From Candidatus Hydrogenedentota bacterium (lineage in GTDB: Bacteria; Hydrogenedentota; Hydrogenedentia; Hydrogenedentales; SLHB01): a stretch of 64,000 bases of DNA. Below, piece after piece: positions 17,489-27,635 of the stretch. The notes beneath the pieces were generated by a model. It ran no database searches. It saw nothing but the letters and a program-made list of their open reading frames with translations, and had not been told where the DNA came from. The position numbers and the translations under genes are program-made. How positions within the stretch are numbered: the first letter of the stretch is position 1; each line of letters begins with the position of its first letter. Where the stretch lies: assembly GCA_963745075.1 (NCBI GenBank), contig CAVUWV010000028.1, positions 96,001-160,000 of the forward strand, in the 5' to 3' direction.

Positions 17489-19630
17489 ATGAGTGACACG
17501 GTTCTGGGCGAGGGGTTGGGAGATTCACGCGAGGGAGAATCCGTGCAATCCCGCCGGTTGTCTGCATCCAGCGCATTGCGAACAGCCATCTCCGGCCTGT
17601 CGGGTCTGGACAAACTCGGCATCGCGTTCCTTGCGGGGGGAGGTGCGCTTCACGCCACAGCGCAATCCTTGAATTTCATGGGGTATATCGGCAGTGCCAC
17701 CCAGGAATCCCTGAAGCTGGCGGGGTTGTTCCTGTTGTTTGTCCCCGCGGTATATGTGGTTCGTCGGAGTTTCGAGCGGCCGCTCGTGAAATGGCTGGTA
17801 TTCTCGGGGCTTGGTGCGGAATTTATCCACATTTGTTTGGACATATCCGACGACACGGTGCTTTCGCAGTACGGGATACTGTTCAATGATGCCCAACCGG
17901 TTCACATCGTTTTGCAGGAATTCTTCCACGGCGCGGCGCTGACCCTCCTGTTGGGGGCGCTCTATTACTTCATCGTTTCGTATCAATCGAGTGAGGCCAA
18001 TCTCTCGTTGGAACGGGATGCCCTTCGCGCCGAAGTGGGAGAACGCGCCAATACGGAAAAGGCGTTGGAGCGGAGCGAAGCGATGTTCCGTACACTGGTT
18101 CAGGGAACGTCGGATGCCTTTATCGTTGTGGATTCGGAGGGCAACATTCGTTACGCGACGGATTCGATTCGCCGTATCGCGGGGTACGACCCCGTAAACC
18201 AATTGTTAGGCCGACGATTCATGGATTTCGTGCTTCGGAGTTGCGACACCGTCAACGTTGTGGACGCAGCGATCGATAACCCGGAACCGGGGTCCAGTCA
18301 ACGGTACGAGCTTCAGTTTGCCCATTGCACCGGCAAGGCTTGTTTCCTGGAAGTGGTGGTGACCAATCTGCTTCGCTCGCCGAGTATCCGCGGTATCGTG
18401 GTCCATGCCCGCGACGTAACGGAGCGCCGGTCTCTCGAGGAGCAGTTGCGGCGTTCGCAGAACTTGGGCACCCTCGGCGCCTTGTCCGGCGGGATCGCCC
18501 ACGACTTCAAGAATATTCTGACGGGACTGCTCATCCGTTGCGATCGTTTGCTGGACGACGAGACTTGTCCGGATACCATTCGGAACGAAGTGCAGCTCAT
18601 TCGCCGAACGTCGTACCGCGGTGCCGCCTTGGCGAAGAAGATGCTTTCTTACACCCGCCGTGCCGCTTCCCAACTGCGCGTGATCGACATCAATGCATCG
18701 ATGCGAGACATCGAGGAAATGGTACGAGGCGTTCTGGGAGATGACGTTCGGATTGTGCTCAATCTTCGTGACGCTCCGATTTGTGTTAGTATCGACCCCG
18801 TCGATCTCGAACAAGTGCTGATCAATCTTATCACGAACGCGCGTGACGCGATGCCTACCGGGGGGCGCCTGGAACTGGCGACCGATGTGCTGAGCGCAGA
18901 ACACGCCGACCCGGAATTGCCGGCCGGAGAGTTTGCGGTCGTAACGGTGGCGGATACGGGTTGCGGCATTCGGCCGGAACATCAGAGCCGGATTTTTGAG
19001 CCGTTCTTTTCGACCAAGGAACCCAGCGCCCGGACGGGCCTGGGGCTTTCCACGGTGTACCGAATTATCGAACATCACGGGGGATCGATTCGCGTTTACA
19101 CGAAGCCGAGCCACGGCACGACATTCAAGGTACTTCTACCCACGGCAAAGACCCGGATCGATCGGGCCATGTCGACGATTGGCGGTCCCAGTATCGAACG
19201 AGGCGTGGAGACGATTCTTCTTGCGGAGGACTCCGAAGAGGTGCGTCGTCTTACGAAATCGATACTCTTGGAGAAGGGCTATCAGGTTCTGGAGGCGGAA
19301 GACTATGAGGGCGCACTCCGGATGTCGGAACGTCACGCCGGGCCCATTCACTTATTATTGACTGACATCGTGATGATGGGCCGAAGCGGGCCGGAGTTGG
19401 CGGAATCCATCGTGGCGCAACGTCCCAACGTCAGCGTGTTGTATATGTCCGGATACTCGGGCGACGTGATTCGCCGCTATACCGATGACTACGAAACCAG
19501 CGCCCACATCGAAAAGCCTTTTACCTCATGCGAATTGCTGGCGAAGGTCCGAACGGTGCTGGATGAAGCCCAGCGATCCGGTGAGAAACCCGAGCGTTCA
19601 TCGGGACCCCCCCTCGAAGACCAGGCGTAA
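17489..19630 (+). CDS. Membrane PAS-domain hybrid sensor histidine kinase (CckA-like)
   Basis: 4 TM; PAS; GGIAHDFKNIL H-box; LINLITNARDAM, DTGCGI, FEPFFSTK, GLGLS; receiver LLAEDS...LLLTDIVM...KPF. Start chosen by inference. Confidence 0.92.
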   Translation: MSDTVLGEGLGDSREGESVQSRRLSASSALRTAISGLSGLDKLGIAFLAGGGALHATAQSLNFMGYIGSATQESLKLAGLFLLFVPAVYVVRRSFERPLVKWLVFSGLGAEFIHICLDISDDTVLSQYGILFNDAQPVHIVLQEFFHGAALTLLLGALYYFIVSYQSSEANLSLERDALRAEVGERANTEKALERSEAMFRTLVQGTSDAFIVVDSEGNIRYATDSIRRIAGYDPVNQLLGRRFMDFVLRSCDTVNVVDAAIDNPEPGSSQRYELQFAHCTGKACFLEVVVTNLLRSPSIRGIVVHARDVTERRSLEEQLRRSQNLGTLGALSGGIAHDFKNILTGLLIRCDRLLDDETCPDTIRNEVQLIRRTSYRGAALAKKMLSYTRRAASQLRVIDINASMRDIEEMVRGVLGDDVRIVLNLRDAPICVSIDPVDLEQVLINLITNARDAMPTGGRLELATDVLSAEHADPELPAGEFAVVTVADTGCGIRPEHQSRIFEPFFSTKEPSARTGLGLSTVYRIIEHHGGSIRVYTKPSHGTTFKVLLPTAKTRIDRAMSTIGGPSIERGVETILLAEDSEEVRRLTKSILLEKGYQVLEAEDYEGALRMSERHAGPIHLLLTDIVMMGRSGPELAESIVAQRPNVSVLYMSGYSGDVIRRYTDDYETSAHIEKPFTSCELLAKVRTVLDEAQRSGEKPERSSGPPLEDQA

Positions 19631-21025
19631 CCCCGGGTCGGGGACGAATTCGTACGTAGTCCGGGGACCACGCAGCGCTTGTCCCAGCGCGCGTTCCAGA
19701 TGCGGCACGGCGCCGGACGGACCTCCCTCATCGACGCGATTCATGCCCACGCTGAATACGGAATGGGCGTCCCCCGAGACGGTATAGCGTAGCGGTTTTC
19801 CGTCAAATGGATCGGAAAGGACGGCGTCCATATAGGCCGGAACCAGGGCGCTAAGGGAAGGTGGCATCGACCCGTGATCGGCGTGATACGCATCGATAGC
19901 CAGGATCGTCCGGGCGGCCCGCGCGCGTGCTGTAAGATCGGTAAATTCGCGAATGAGGTTCGGCATCGATCGGAAATAGAGGGCGGAACCGACGTAGTAC
20001 GATGGAAGCTGGCGCGTTTCCACTACGAGCGAATCGAAGTCGTCGATGCGTTGGGTTGCCGGCAAGAAACACAGCGAGACAAACCGGCCCATGTACTTAT
20101 AAAAACACAGGAGATCCAATTCGAGCTGGCCGCTGTAACGGTAGACGAAGTGGCGAAGTTCTGGATGCGATCCCCGGGCGCCGAGCACGACCAATTGCCG
20201 ATCGAACGGCAAGTCGTAGAACCACATCCCCAGGCAGCGCGCGGCCACGTAGGCGCGTGCGACCGGCGTTGCGTCTTCCAGCAAGACAAGCTCGCGCGAG
20301 ATGTCGCGCCGTGCATCGGTGTCCAGGTCGACGTGTGGGAGCATCCATTCCAGCCCTTGGACGCTTTGCTGTATTGCGGTGAACCGAATCAATTGGCTCG
20401 TCATGGACGGTTCCGCCTGCAGGGTCTGCGCGATGCGGAGGGACGCAGTTAAGGCACGGGCCGACTCTGCGCCACGGCCTTGGCACGCGCGCAAGACGGC
20501 GTCCATTGCCAACAGGTTCGACCCTTTCAACACTTGGCGCAGGTGCACCATCTCGCCGCCATTCGGCACGCCACCGAAGCTTGACGCGTAACGGGCAGGC
20601 TCGATCGTCGACGCCCGATACAGGGTTTCGAGGGCGTTGCGGTTTTGGTCGAGATAGCGCTCCAGGGCAGCGATCCGGTTCGAATCCCACGCGGTCCAGT
20701 TTGCCCCCGTAAACATGGGAAACCAACCGAAATCGGCCGGGGTATCGACCATGTAATCGGCGGCGGCCCGGACGAGGTCGGCGGCATTCTTACCTTCTAT
20801 CGGGGGGGACACCGCATCGAGTTCGTCGAGTGTGGCGGGATAACCAGCTGCGTGAATTGCGTCTACATCGGACGTGATTTCGTAAGTAAGGTACACCCGA
20901 AAACCGCCATAGGCGAGCGCGAGCGTCGCGAGGAGGACGAGCGCATGGACGGGCCGGATATGAACTTCACCCGGCCGGCGGTCATCGTGAGAATCCGTTT
21001 CAACTGGGGTATGGGGAGACGTCAT
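19598..21025 (-). CDS. Hypothetical membrane-anchored helical protein with GspG-like C-terminal motif
   Basis: One TM then AAGYPATLDEL...KNAA; C-terminal PSLSALVPAY...DPFDGKPLRY...SVGMNRVDEGG. Confidence 0.7.
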   Translation of the reverse strand: MTSPHTPVETDSHDDRRPGEVHIRPVHALVLLATLALAYGGFRVYLTYEITSDVDAIHAAGYPATLDELDAVSPPIEGKNAADLVRAAADYMVDTPADFGWFPMFTGANWTAWDSNRIAALERYLDQNRNALETLYRASTIEPARYASSFGGVPNGGEMVHLRQVLKGSNLLAMDAVLRACQGRGAESARALTASLRIAQTLQAEPSMTSQLIRFTAIQQSVQGLEWMLPHVDLDTDARRDISRELVLLEDATPVARAYVAARCLGMWFYDLPFDRQLVVLGARGSHPELRHFVYRYSGQLELDLLCFYKYMGRFVSLCFLPATQRIDDFDSLVVETRQLPSYYVGSALYFRSMPNLIREFTDLTARARAARTILAIDAYHADHGSMPPSLSALVPAYMDAVLSDPFDGKPLRYTVSGDAHSVFSVGMNRVDEGGPSGAVPHLERALGQALRGPRTTYEFVPDPGLRLVFEGGSR

Positions 21026-21773
21026 GAAGCGCCGGGTCCTCGTCGGTGGGTTGTAATTTGCCCAAATCGATCGCGCGATCGGCAGCGCCCGCAGCGTGCA
21101 GCACGAACGGGTCGATGCGGGTCCAACGATGCGCGCGATCGAGTATCCAGCCATCGGATGTGACGACGATGTTCGCGCTGTTCGCCAGTGTCTTATCGAC
21201 GTTTGCCTCCACGGCCACGTCCCAGGGCCAGTTGTGGCTTCGCGCTTCGGCCTGAAGCAGCGCGCGGAGACGGCCGCTGTTAGACACAGGGGCGTCGAAG
21301 AACCAATTGACATGCTTCACGCGCAAGTCCGCGAAAACATTCCCGAGGAGGCGCAGGGCGGTCAGCGTTTCCTCCACCCGGCGATAGGACCCGTGGACGC
21401 TGGCGAGGTCGCGCAGGCATCCGTCGCGTCCGCGGAGCAGAACCGCGCCGGACAGGACGCTCTCGGTTATGATGAGTTGGTTGTATCCATCGACGGCGAG
21501 GGTCGCGCCGGCAAGCCGATCGGGGACGATAAAGCACTTCGCTCGGCTACGGAGCGACGCGTCCGGACAAGACGCACCCAACACGGCACGCCGCTGGCGG
21601 GTCGTCAGTTGATAGTGGTCGCCCACCAGTTTCAGGGCGGCCCGCTCGGCGTAGTCGCGGGTCCGTAGAAGAGAAAGATCGGAAACAGCGTCGCGCAGTG
21701 TTGGGATCTGCGATGGCGCGAAGAGCGCGTCGTCCTGCGGATGTCTTCCTCGATGTCGTTGGCGTTGCGGCAC
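21000..21773 (-). CDS. DUF434 domain protein (PIN/NYN-like fold)
   Basis: RHRGRHPQD, ALKLVGDHYQL, VDGYN, GRDGCLRDLA, FFDAPVSNSGRL, VVTSDGWILD. Confidence 0.85.
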   Translation of the reverse strand: MPQRQRHRGRHPQDDALFAPSQIPTLRDAVSDLSLLRTRDYAERAALKLVGDHYQLTTRQRRAVLGASCPDASLRSRAKCFIVPDRLAGATLAVDGYNQLIITESVLSGAVLLRGRDGCLRDLASVHGSYRRVEETLTALRLLGNVFADLRVKHVNWFFDAPVSNSGRLRALLQAEARSHNWPWDVAVEANVDKTLANSANIVVTSDGWILDRAHRWTRIDPFVLHAAGAADRAIDLGKLQPTDEDPALHDVSPYPS

Positions 21774-21871
21774 GGTCCAGGCCTCTCGGTTCGGTTTGGG
21801 AAAATCGGGACAGTAATCATTTATTGGTTAACGATTCCAATTGCGATGCGTGCAGTTCAAGAAATAAATGG

Positions 21872-21899
21872 TTGCGGTCCCCATTTTCACACGTATAAT
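21872..21899 (+). promoter_or_regulatory. Sigma70 promoter of rnpB
   Basis: TTGCGG-16bp-TATAAT ending 5 bp before the RNA 5' end. Confidence 0.7.
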
Positions 21900-21904
21900 A
21901 CCAT

Positions 21905-22275
21905 CGTGAGCAGGCCGGGCGGTCGCGGCGCCCCTCGCGGGCGTCGAGGAAAGTCCGAGCTCCACAGGGCAGGGTGCTTGATAACGCCAAGGCGGGGTGA
22001 CCCGACGGAAAGTGGCACAGAAACCATACCGCCTACGTTCGTCCTTCGGGACGAGCAGGCAAGGGTGAAAAGGTGCGGTAAGAGCGCACCAGCGGTCTGG
22101 CAACAGGCCGGCTGGCTAAACCCCACCCGGAGCAATTCCAAATAGGGGAGCAATGGAGTGGCCCGCTCCGCTCCCGGGTAGGAAGCTCGAGGCGCGCGGC
22201 GACGCGCGTCCCAGACGAATGACCGCCTCGGGGCTTCGGCCCTCAGACAGAATTCGGCTTACAGGCCCGCTCACG
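21905..22275 (+). ncRNA. rnpB: RNase P RNA, bacterial type A
   Basis: GAGGAAAGTCCGAGCTC, GGAAAGTGGCACAGAAA, GGGTGAAAAGGTGCGGTAAGAGCGCACC, GGCTAAACCCCACCCGGAGCAA, ACAGAATTCGGCTTAC; P1 pairing CGTGAGCAGGCC/GGCCCGCTCACG. Confidence 0.97.
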
Positions 22276-22283
22276 AAAGACTA

Positions 22284-22331
22284 CGCGGCGGTGAGGGTTA
22301 CGCAACCTTCACCGCCGCGCCATTTGTTTTA
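22284..22331. terminator. Terminator hairpin between convergent rnpB and the PKD/FGE gene
   Basis: 16-bp stem CGCGGCGGTGAGGGTT/AACCTTCACCGCCGCG followed by a T-rich tract. Confidence 0.75.
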
Positions 22332-22347
22332 CGCTATTTTGTCAGAC

Positions 22348-24412
22348 CTATTTGCCGATGGGCAGCGGACCCTGGAAGACGCGGAACCCGACGGTCGACA
22401 GCGTGGACGTCGCATCGATTCCCTCTCGACGAGCACTGCGGACATCGTTCGCCACGTCCGCATAGGAGCCGCTGCGTACCAGCCGCTGTACGGGGAGGAC
22501 TCCCTTGGCCGGTACCGGATAGTTGTAGGGTTCTTCGTAGATCCACTCCCACACGTTGCCGCTCATGTCGTAAGCGCCCACCGGGCTCTGGCTGTTGGTG
22601 GTGCCGTTGTTGCCGTCGTAATAGCCCACCGGCGTCGTGAACGGCGGATTGGTCAGGCTGAGCGGATTCGAGTTGTTGTAATTGACCCGGTTCGTGTTGA
22701 TATCCGTGAGCAGCAAGCTGGAAACGAAACCCCAGATATGGTGCACGGGGGTCTGCCCGGAGGTATCCCAGGCCGCCGCGTACTCCCATTCATCCTCGAA
22801 TCCGAGCCGATACCCGTCGTTATCGCCATTGAATTCGACATCCCAGTTGATCAGGTCGTAAATGGGATCAAGGCCTTCGATTTCACTCAGCCAGTTGCAG
22901 AAGGCCAAGGCGCCATACCAGCTCACCTCGACGACCGGCTGTTGCGCCATGGATTGATTGTCACGGCGGGCGATGAAGAATATGTCGTGGGTCCCGTCGT
23001 ACTCGATGTCGCAGTGCTCGGTATCGTTGCCAATGTCTTCGATCTGAATGAGGATTTGGCCGTTCAACTCGGGATTGCCGCCTGGAAACGCCTTGAGCTG
23101 ATTCAGATCGAAATAGCCCTGATCGTTCGCGTAGTTCAACGCGAAGGCGTACTGGCAATTGGTCACTTCAAATTGATCGATACTGACGTTGCCGAGGACG
23201 AATGCATTGGGATCCGGCGGAAGTTCGTTCGCTTCCGGAATGTTGTTATCGATCTCGGTCTGGCTCGGCCCCTTAGTATACGTGTCAAACTCGGAAACGC
23301 CAAGGGAGATCTGATGGGTCTGCGGCTCGGCGGCCGTGATGGTGACCGTGTCAAAATCGCCAAGATTGCTAGTGTCACGCACCTCCAAGCCAAGGACGTA
23401 GTCGCCCGCCAAATCGGGAACGAAGCGTGGGTGCACGACACTGGGATTCGACAACCAAGTGGTATCCACATTGCTACCCATTGGGACCTGGTTGACCGTC
23501 CATGTGTATACGATGTTGCTTCCATCTTCGGGATCGAAGGAACCGGAACCGTCCAACCGTACCTCTTCGTACGTACACACATTCTGGGCAGGACCGGCGT
23601 CAGCGGTTGGATTCTGGTCAAAATCGACCGTAATCGTGACCGTGTCGGGTTCACTGGCGACCTTGACGCCTTCGGGCTGCCCGTCGTCCACGATGAGCTG
23701 TATCACGTAGTCGCCGGTCTGTTGGGCAACAAACGTGGGCATCTCCGCGGTGTCATCCGACAGATCGGGCGCAGGAATGGCAAGTTTTACGCCTTGATTC
23801 ATGCCGGGCCATTCCAGGAAGGTCCATTGGTACGTGATTGGATCGTTGTCAGGGTCGTAGGAGTCACTCCCATCAAGCTGAACCTGGGTACCAAATTGGA
23901 AGCCACGTTCGGTAGTACTCTTGTCGCCAACGAGATAGACCGTCTGGTCAGGGCCCGCATTTGCTACGGGCGGTTGATTTCCAGCTTGAACGCAGATGAA
24001 GTCCCTGCGGGTTAGACTGCCGGTCATTCCATTGGAAAGGACGACGGTGAGCGTGACGTCGTGGCAACCGTCATCGGTGTAGGTGTGGTCGGTATTCTGG
24101 CCGGTCCCGGTGGTGCCATCGCCGAAATCCCAGATCCAACTGATGATCGTGACGGGTTGGGGTTCCTGTTCGGGTGGGCGGAGGATTTCCACCGCCACCG
24201 GGTTCGCCGCGAAATTTCGCAAGCACCAGTGGGGGCGAAACCGATACGTCCCCTTGAAACTGCGCGTAAAGTGGCGCGTGCCCGGATTGGGGTCCTCCGG
24301 TAAACGAGACATGGACGAGTGGACTACCGGGGCATTTCCATCCCACGAGCGCCAACGAAGCCACGGACAAATAACATGCTAACGTTAATGGCCGAAATGA
24401 GCGCACCTTCAT
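22348..24412 (-). CDS. Exported PKD-repeat plus FGE-sulfatase (SUMF1/CLec-fold) protein; apparent frameshift near 24178
   Basis: Signal peptide in ORF 24071-24412 joins WIWDFGDG PKD, PPVANAGPDQ and TADAGPAQ repeats, then VSWYGALAFCNWLS, GYRL...EWEYAA, YDMSGNVWEW, GFRV. Confidence 0.85.
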
Positions 24413-24641
24413 ATCCCCTCCGTCTAGCGCCCGCCAAAAAGCGCGCGCGGGTCATTACGCCACATCGGCGTGTGTCCAACGTGTGCAAATGTAAATCGGT
24501 CGATTGAATGAATATCGCCAGAACACGCCGAGGTGTGGCCCTGCATGAAGCCTCAGCGCTTGAGTATTACCATGCACCGGGAGGACCCCGTAAGTCAAGG
24601 GCTGAAAATTCCATAGCGTTGGGCCGGAAGCCCGGCGGCCC

Positions 24642-24670
24642 TTGACCTCCTCCACCCTTTGCAGTAAGAT
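24642..24670 (+). promoter_or_regulatory. Putative sigma70 promoter of the porin gene
   Basis: TTGACC-17bp-TAAGAT. Confidence 0.5.
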
Positions 24671-24791
24671 AGCGCCATCGGTTCCGGGGGCAGTTAGCTT
24701 CGTGTCCCCAAGCGGGGAAGTACGTTTCCGTAGATTCAGGGCAAATTGTCGCAGCAGTTAACGAGACCCAAGCGGTGGAGGAGTCGAGACC

Positions 24792-26378
24792 ATGAAAGTG
24801 TGGCGTTTTTTCGGGCTGATGCTCGCGGCCGGCCTGCTCGTAACACCCTGTAGTTTTGCGGAGTTGCAGAACGTTCAAGTGGGTGGTGAACTTCAGATTC
24901 GCGCCATCTATTGGCAAAACGCATTCAACCAGGTGCAGGCGCCGGCCTTCGTACAACCGGAGATCCGGTGGCCATCGTTCTTCATGCCGAAGCGTGCAAT
25001 CGGCGATTTTCTCGGCGGGCAGAATGTGACGAGCTATTGGGATTGGGATTCGCGAGACGCCGACTACAGCGTTGTCGAACAGCGCACCCGGCTCAACGTC
25101 GACGCCGATTTCACCAATGAAGTCAGCGCCTTCATCGAGCTGGAAAGTTACGACGTTTGGGGTGAGGATTTTCGTTCGGATTACGTTACGGGACGCGACA
25201 ACCGTGCCGTCACCAATGACAACGTCGAGGTCTACCAAGCGTACATCGAAGCTAACGATATGTTTGGATTTCCGGTGCGGATGCGCATTGGCCGCCAGGA
25301 ACTTGTGCTGGGCAGCGGCTGGTTGGTCGGCAACAACCAGAACCATCCGGAATTCCCGGGTCTGTCCTTCGACGGCGTTCGGCTGACGTACGCGAGCGAC
25401 CCGTTCACCGTGGATGTCTTCTATACCAAGCTGTTCGAGAATGGCGCGTTTGAACAGGACGGCGACGTGGATTTCGCCGGCGTTTACGCGAGTTACACCG
25501 GACTCGAGGACATTACCCTCGACGCGTACTGGCTGTGGGTCCGCGACGGCCGCTCCCTCAATGACACCAACTTCGTCGCCCCCATCGAGTGGCTGGAGAA
25601 TGCGTTCAACGTGGACGATTACGATGCCACCAGTCTGCATACCGTCGGACTGCGGGCAGCCGGAACGATCGGCGCCCTGGATTTCGATGCCGAGGCCGCC
25701 TACCAATTCGGCGATGCGGACCAAATCGGGTTTCTGTTCAAGCCGTTTGCTTATGGTGACGATGGCGCGGAATTCGACGCCTGGGCCGGGACGCTGGAAT
25801 TGGGCTATACGCTCGATATCGCCTGGCAGCCGCGGCTTTATGTGGGCGGAGCATACTTTGAGGGGGAAGATAACCGCGACCTGACTTTCGGGGAGTGGTT
25901 GAATCCCTTCTACCGGCCCGAGGCCAGCGTGAGCTTCAACCGCTTGTTCTCCGACCAGGTTTATAGCCACTTTATTGATGAGATCAGCGAACTTTCCAAT
26001 TTCTGGACCGTCTACGGCGGCGCCAGCGTACAACCCACTGAAAGCGTCGAACTCGGCCTCAAAGTGAGCTATCTCCAGGCGTTGGAAACCTTCGATCAGC
26101 CCTATTTCGTAAGTGTGGGCGCGTTCAAGGTGCCCCTGGCCCCGGCCCTCAGTTTCTGGACCAAGGGCACTGACGATGAATTGGGCATCGAGACGGGTTT
26201 GTGGGCCCGCTATCACTACAGCGAAGATCTGGTCTTCGAACTGGGCTGGTCTCACCTGTTCACCGGCGACGGCTTGGCCGACGGGAACTACAACGACTAC
26301 AACGGCCTTCTCTTCAACGGCGGCACCGACGACGAGGACGCCGACTACGTGTATTTCGATACCAAGCTCTGTTTCTGA
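24792..26378 (+). CDS. Alginate-export (AlgE-like) outer-membrane beta-barrel
   Basis: GGAGGAG RBS; signal peptide; EQRTRL, VYQAYIE, RIGRQELVLGSGWLVG, FDGVRL; C-terminal Phe. Confidence 0.88.
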   Translation: MKVWRFFGLMLAAGLLVTPCSFAELQNVQVGGELQIRAIYWQNAFNQVQAPAFVQPEIRWPSFFMPKRAIGDFLGGQNVTSYWDWDSRDADYSVVEQRTRLNVDADFTNEVSAFIELESYDVWGEDFRSDYVTGRDNRAVTNDNVEVYQAYIEANDMFGFPVRMRIGRQELVLGSGWLVGNNQNHPEFPGLSFDGVRLTYASDPFTVDVFYTKLFENGAFEQDGDVDFAGVYASYTGLEDITLDAYWLWVRDGRSLNDTNFVAPIEWLENAFNVDDYDATSLHTVGLRAAGTIGALDFDAEAAYQFGDADQIGFLFKPFAYGDDGAEFDAWAGTLELGYTLDIAWQPRLYVGGAYFEGEDNRDLTFGEWLNPFYRPEASVSFNRLFSDQVYSHFIDEISELSNFWTVYGGASVQPTESVELGLKVSYLQALETFDQPYFVSVGAFKVPLAPALSFWTKGTDDELGIETGLWARYHYSEDLVFELGWSHLFTGDGLADGNYNDYNGLLFNGGTDDEDADYVYFDTKLCF

Positions 26379-26401
26379 GTCATTCTGTATCTGGATCAAT
26401 G

Positions 26402-26442
26402 ACGCCCCGGCTCCGTGGTATATGTAGCCGGGGCGTTTCTTT
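26402..26442 (+). terminator. Terminator after the porin gene
   Basis: ACGCCCCGGCT/AGCCGGGGCGT stem followed by TTCTTT. Confidence 0.6.
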
Positions 26443-26535
26443 GCGACAACGTTTCTATCGACCGTCCCAATATATTGTGGGGTTATCGTTTCGGCGTGTA
26501 AAATAAATGCAGTCGTAGGGAACTGAGGTTTAGTC

Positions 26536-26829
26536 ATGGCACGACCAGTCGCGGAGATTGAAGAAGACATACGCGCGCTATCGGCTGACGAAAAGCACGA
26601 GTTGCTGCGAACACTCATCGAGGAACTCGATACACCCGCCGATTCAAATGTCGAGGAAGCGTGGCTTGAAGAATCGCAGCGGCGGTATCGCGAAATCCTT
26701 GATGGCGGTAACGCTGGCAACTGGGATTACGAAAAGGCGCGACAGATCGTGGACCTCGCGAATCAGTCTGTGTGGCGTACAGTTCAAGAGAAAGAGAATC
26801 AAAGACTCAGCGTCGACAAACCTTGTTGA
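26536..26829 (+). CDS. Putative addiction-module antitoxin component with atypical C-terminal tail
   Basis: IRALSADEKHELLRTLIEELD...VEEAWLEESQRRYREI resembles the TIGR02574-type family. Confidence 0.7.
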   Translation: MARPVAEIEEDIRALSADEKHELLRTLIEELDTPADSNVEEAWLEESQRRYREILDGGNAGNWDYEKARQIVDLANQSVWRTVQEKENQRLSVDKPC

Positions 26830-27038
26830 CGGTTTCGTCAAGTTTGCTATGCTGAATGCGCTTCGAACAGTCGCATGATTAAGTCCGACACTTTCCCGGT
26901 CGTGATCGAGTGGATTTACGTTTCGCTTAAAGGACGGTGCGGACAGAAACCGGCGGTTTGAAATTTAGACGCCGGGACGTTTTTGGTTAGAAGTAGTGGA
27001 TCGGCGTAATTGGCAAAAGTGGAATCAAGAGGTGCCGG

Positions 27039-27323
27039 ATGGCTTTGCAGTTTGACTGGGATCCGAAGAAGGCGCGCCGGAACGTGGACCGACATGGTGT
27101 ATCCTTTGACGAGGCCAGCACCGCGTTCCGGGATACGATGTCGATTACGATACCCGATCCCACACACTCGGAGACGGAGGAAAGGTTAGTCTTGCTTGGG
27201 TACTCGTATCGTAATAGACTAATCGTAGTTGTCCACACGGATCGCGAAGACCGAATCCGCATTATTAGTGCCAGGCCGGCGACCAGAAGGGAAAGAATTC
27301 GCTATGAAGAAAGCGAGAAATGA
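27039..27323 (+). CDS. brnT: BrnT (DUF497) ribonuclease toxin
   Basis: FDWDPKKARRNVDRHGVSFDEA...HSETEER...IRIISARPATRRE. Confidence 0.92.
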   Translation: MALQFDWDPKKARRNVDRHGVSFDEASTAFRDTMSITIPDPTHSETEERLVLLGYSYRNRLIVVVHTDREDRIRIISARPATRRERIRYEESEK

Positions 27324-27549
27324 CCCGGACATGCTCGATGAATATGACTTCAGTGGGGGCGTCCGCGGCAAGTACGCTAAACGATATGCTGAGGGCGCCA
27401 ATGTAGCCGTCATTGCTCCCGATGTCGCGGAGTACTTCCCAGACGAAGAGTCTGTAAACGAAGCCCTTCGCAGCATTGCGGCGATCATTGAGCGGCAACA
27501 GAAATCCAAGGCAACATCCGGGCGAGGAAAGGCGAACGCGCGACGGTAA
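27304..27549 (+). CDS. BrnA-like antitoxin
   Basis: Overlaps the brnT stop; MLDEYDFSGGVRGKYAKRY...PDVAEYFPDEESVNEALR. Confidence 0.85.
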   Translation: MKKARNDPDMLDEYDFSGGVRGKYAKRYAEGANVAVIAPDVAEYFPDEESVNEALRSIAAIIERQQKSKATSGRGKANARR

Positions 27550-27594
27550 GTCGCGACGCCTTCTTCATCTTCGCGAAGCATTCGAAATGAAAAC

Positions 27595-27633
27595 AACAAG
27601 GCCCTGCCAGCGAGAAGCTTGCGGGGCCTTGTT
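27595..27633. terminator. Bidirectional terminator between the TA pair and clpB
   Basis: AACAAGGCCCTGC/GCGGGGCCTTGTT stem. Confidence 0.7.
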
Positions 27634-27635
27634 CG

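Noticed and set aside
20670..20695. GGTTCGAATCC tRNA T-loop-like motif
   Set aside because: T-stem does not pair fully, no cloverleaf, and it lies inside a CDS
22348..22500. FGE/CLec C-terminus as a diversity-generating retroelement target
   Set aside because: No second near-identical template repeat and no reverse transcriptase or avd gene seen in the window; a remote TR cannot be excluded
22153..24015. 620-aa plus-strand ORF
   Set aside because: Antisense shadow of the PKD/FGE gene; begins inside rnpB and has no motifs
24567..26720. 717-aa minus-strand ORF
   Set aside because: Antisense shadow of the porin gene, as expected from high-GC codon bias
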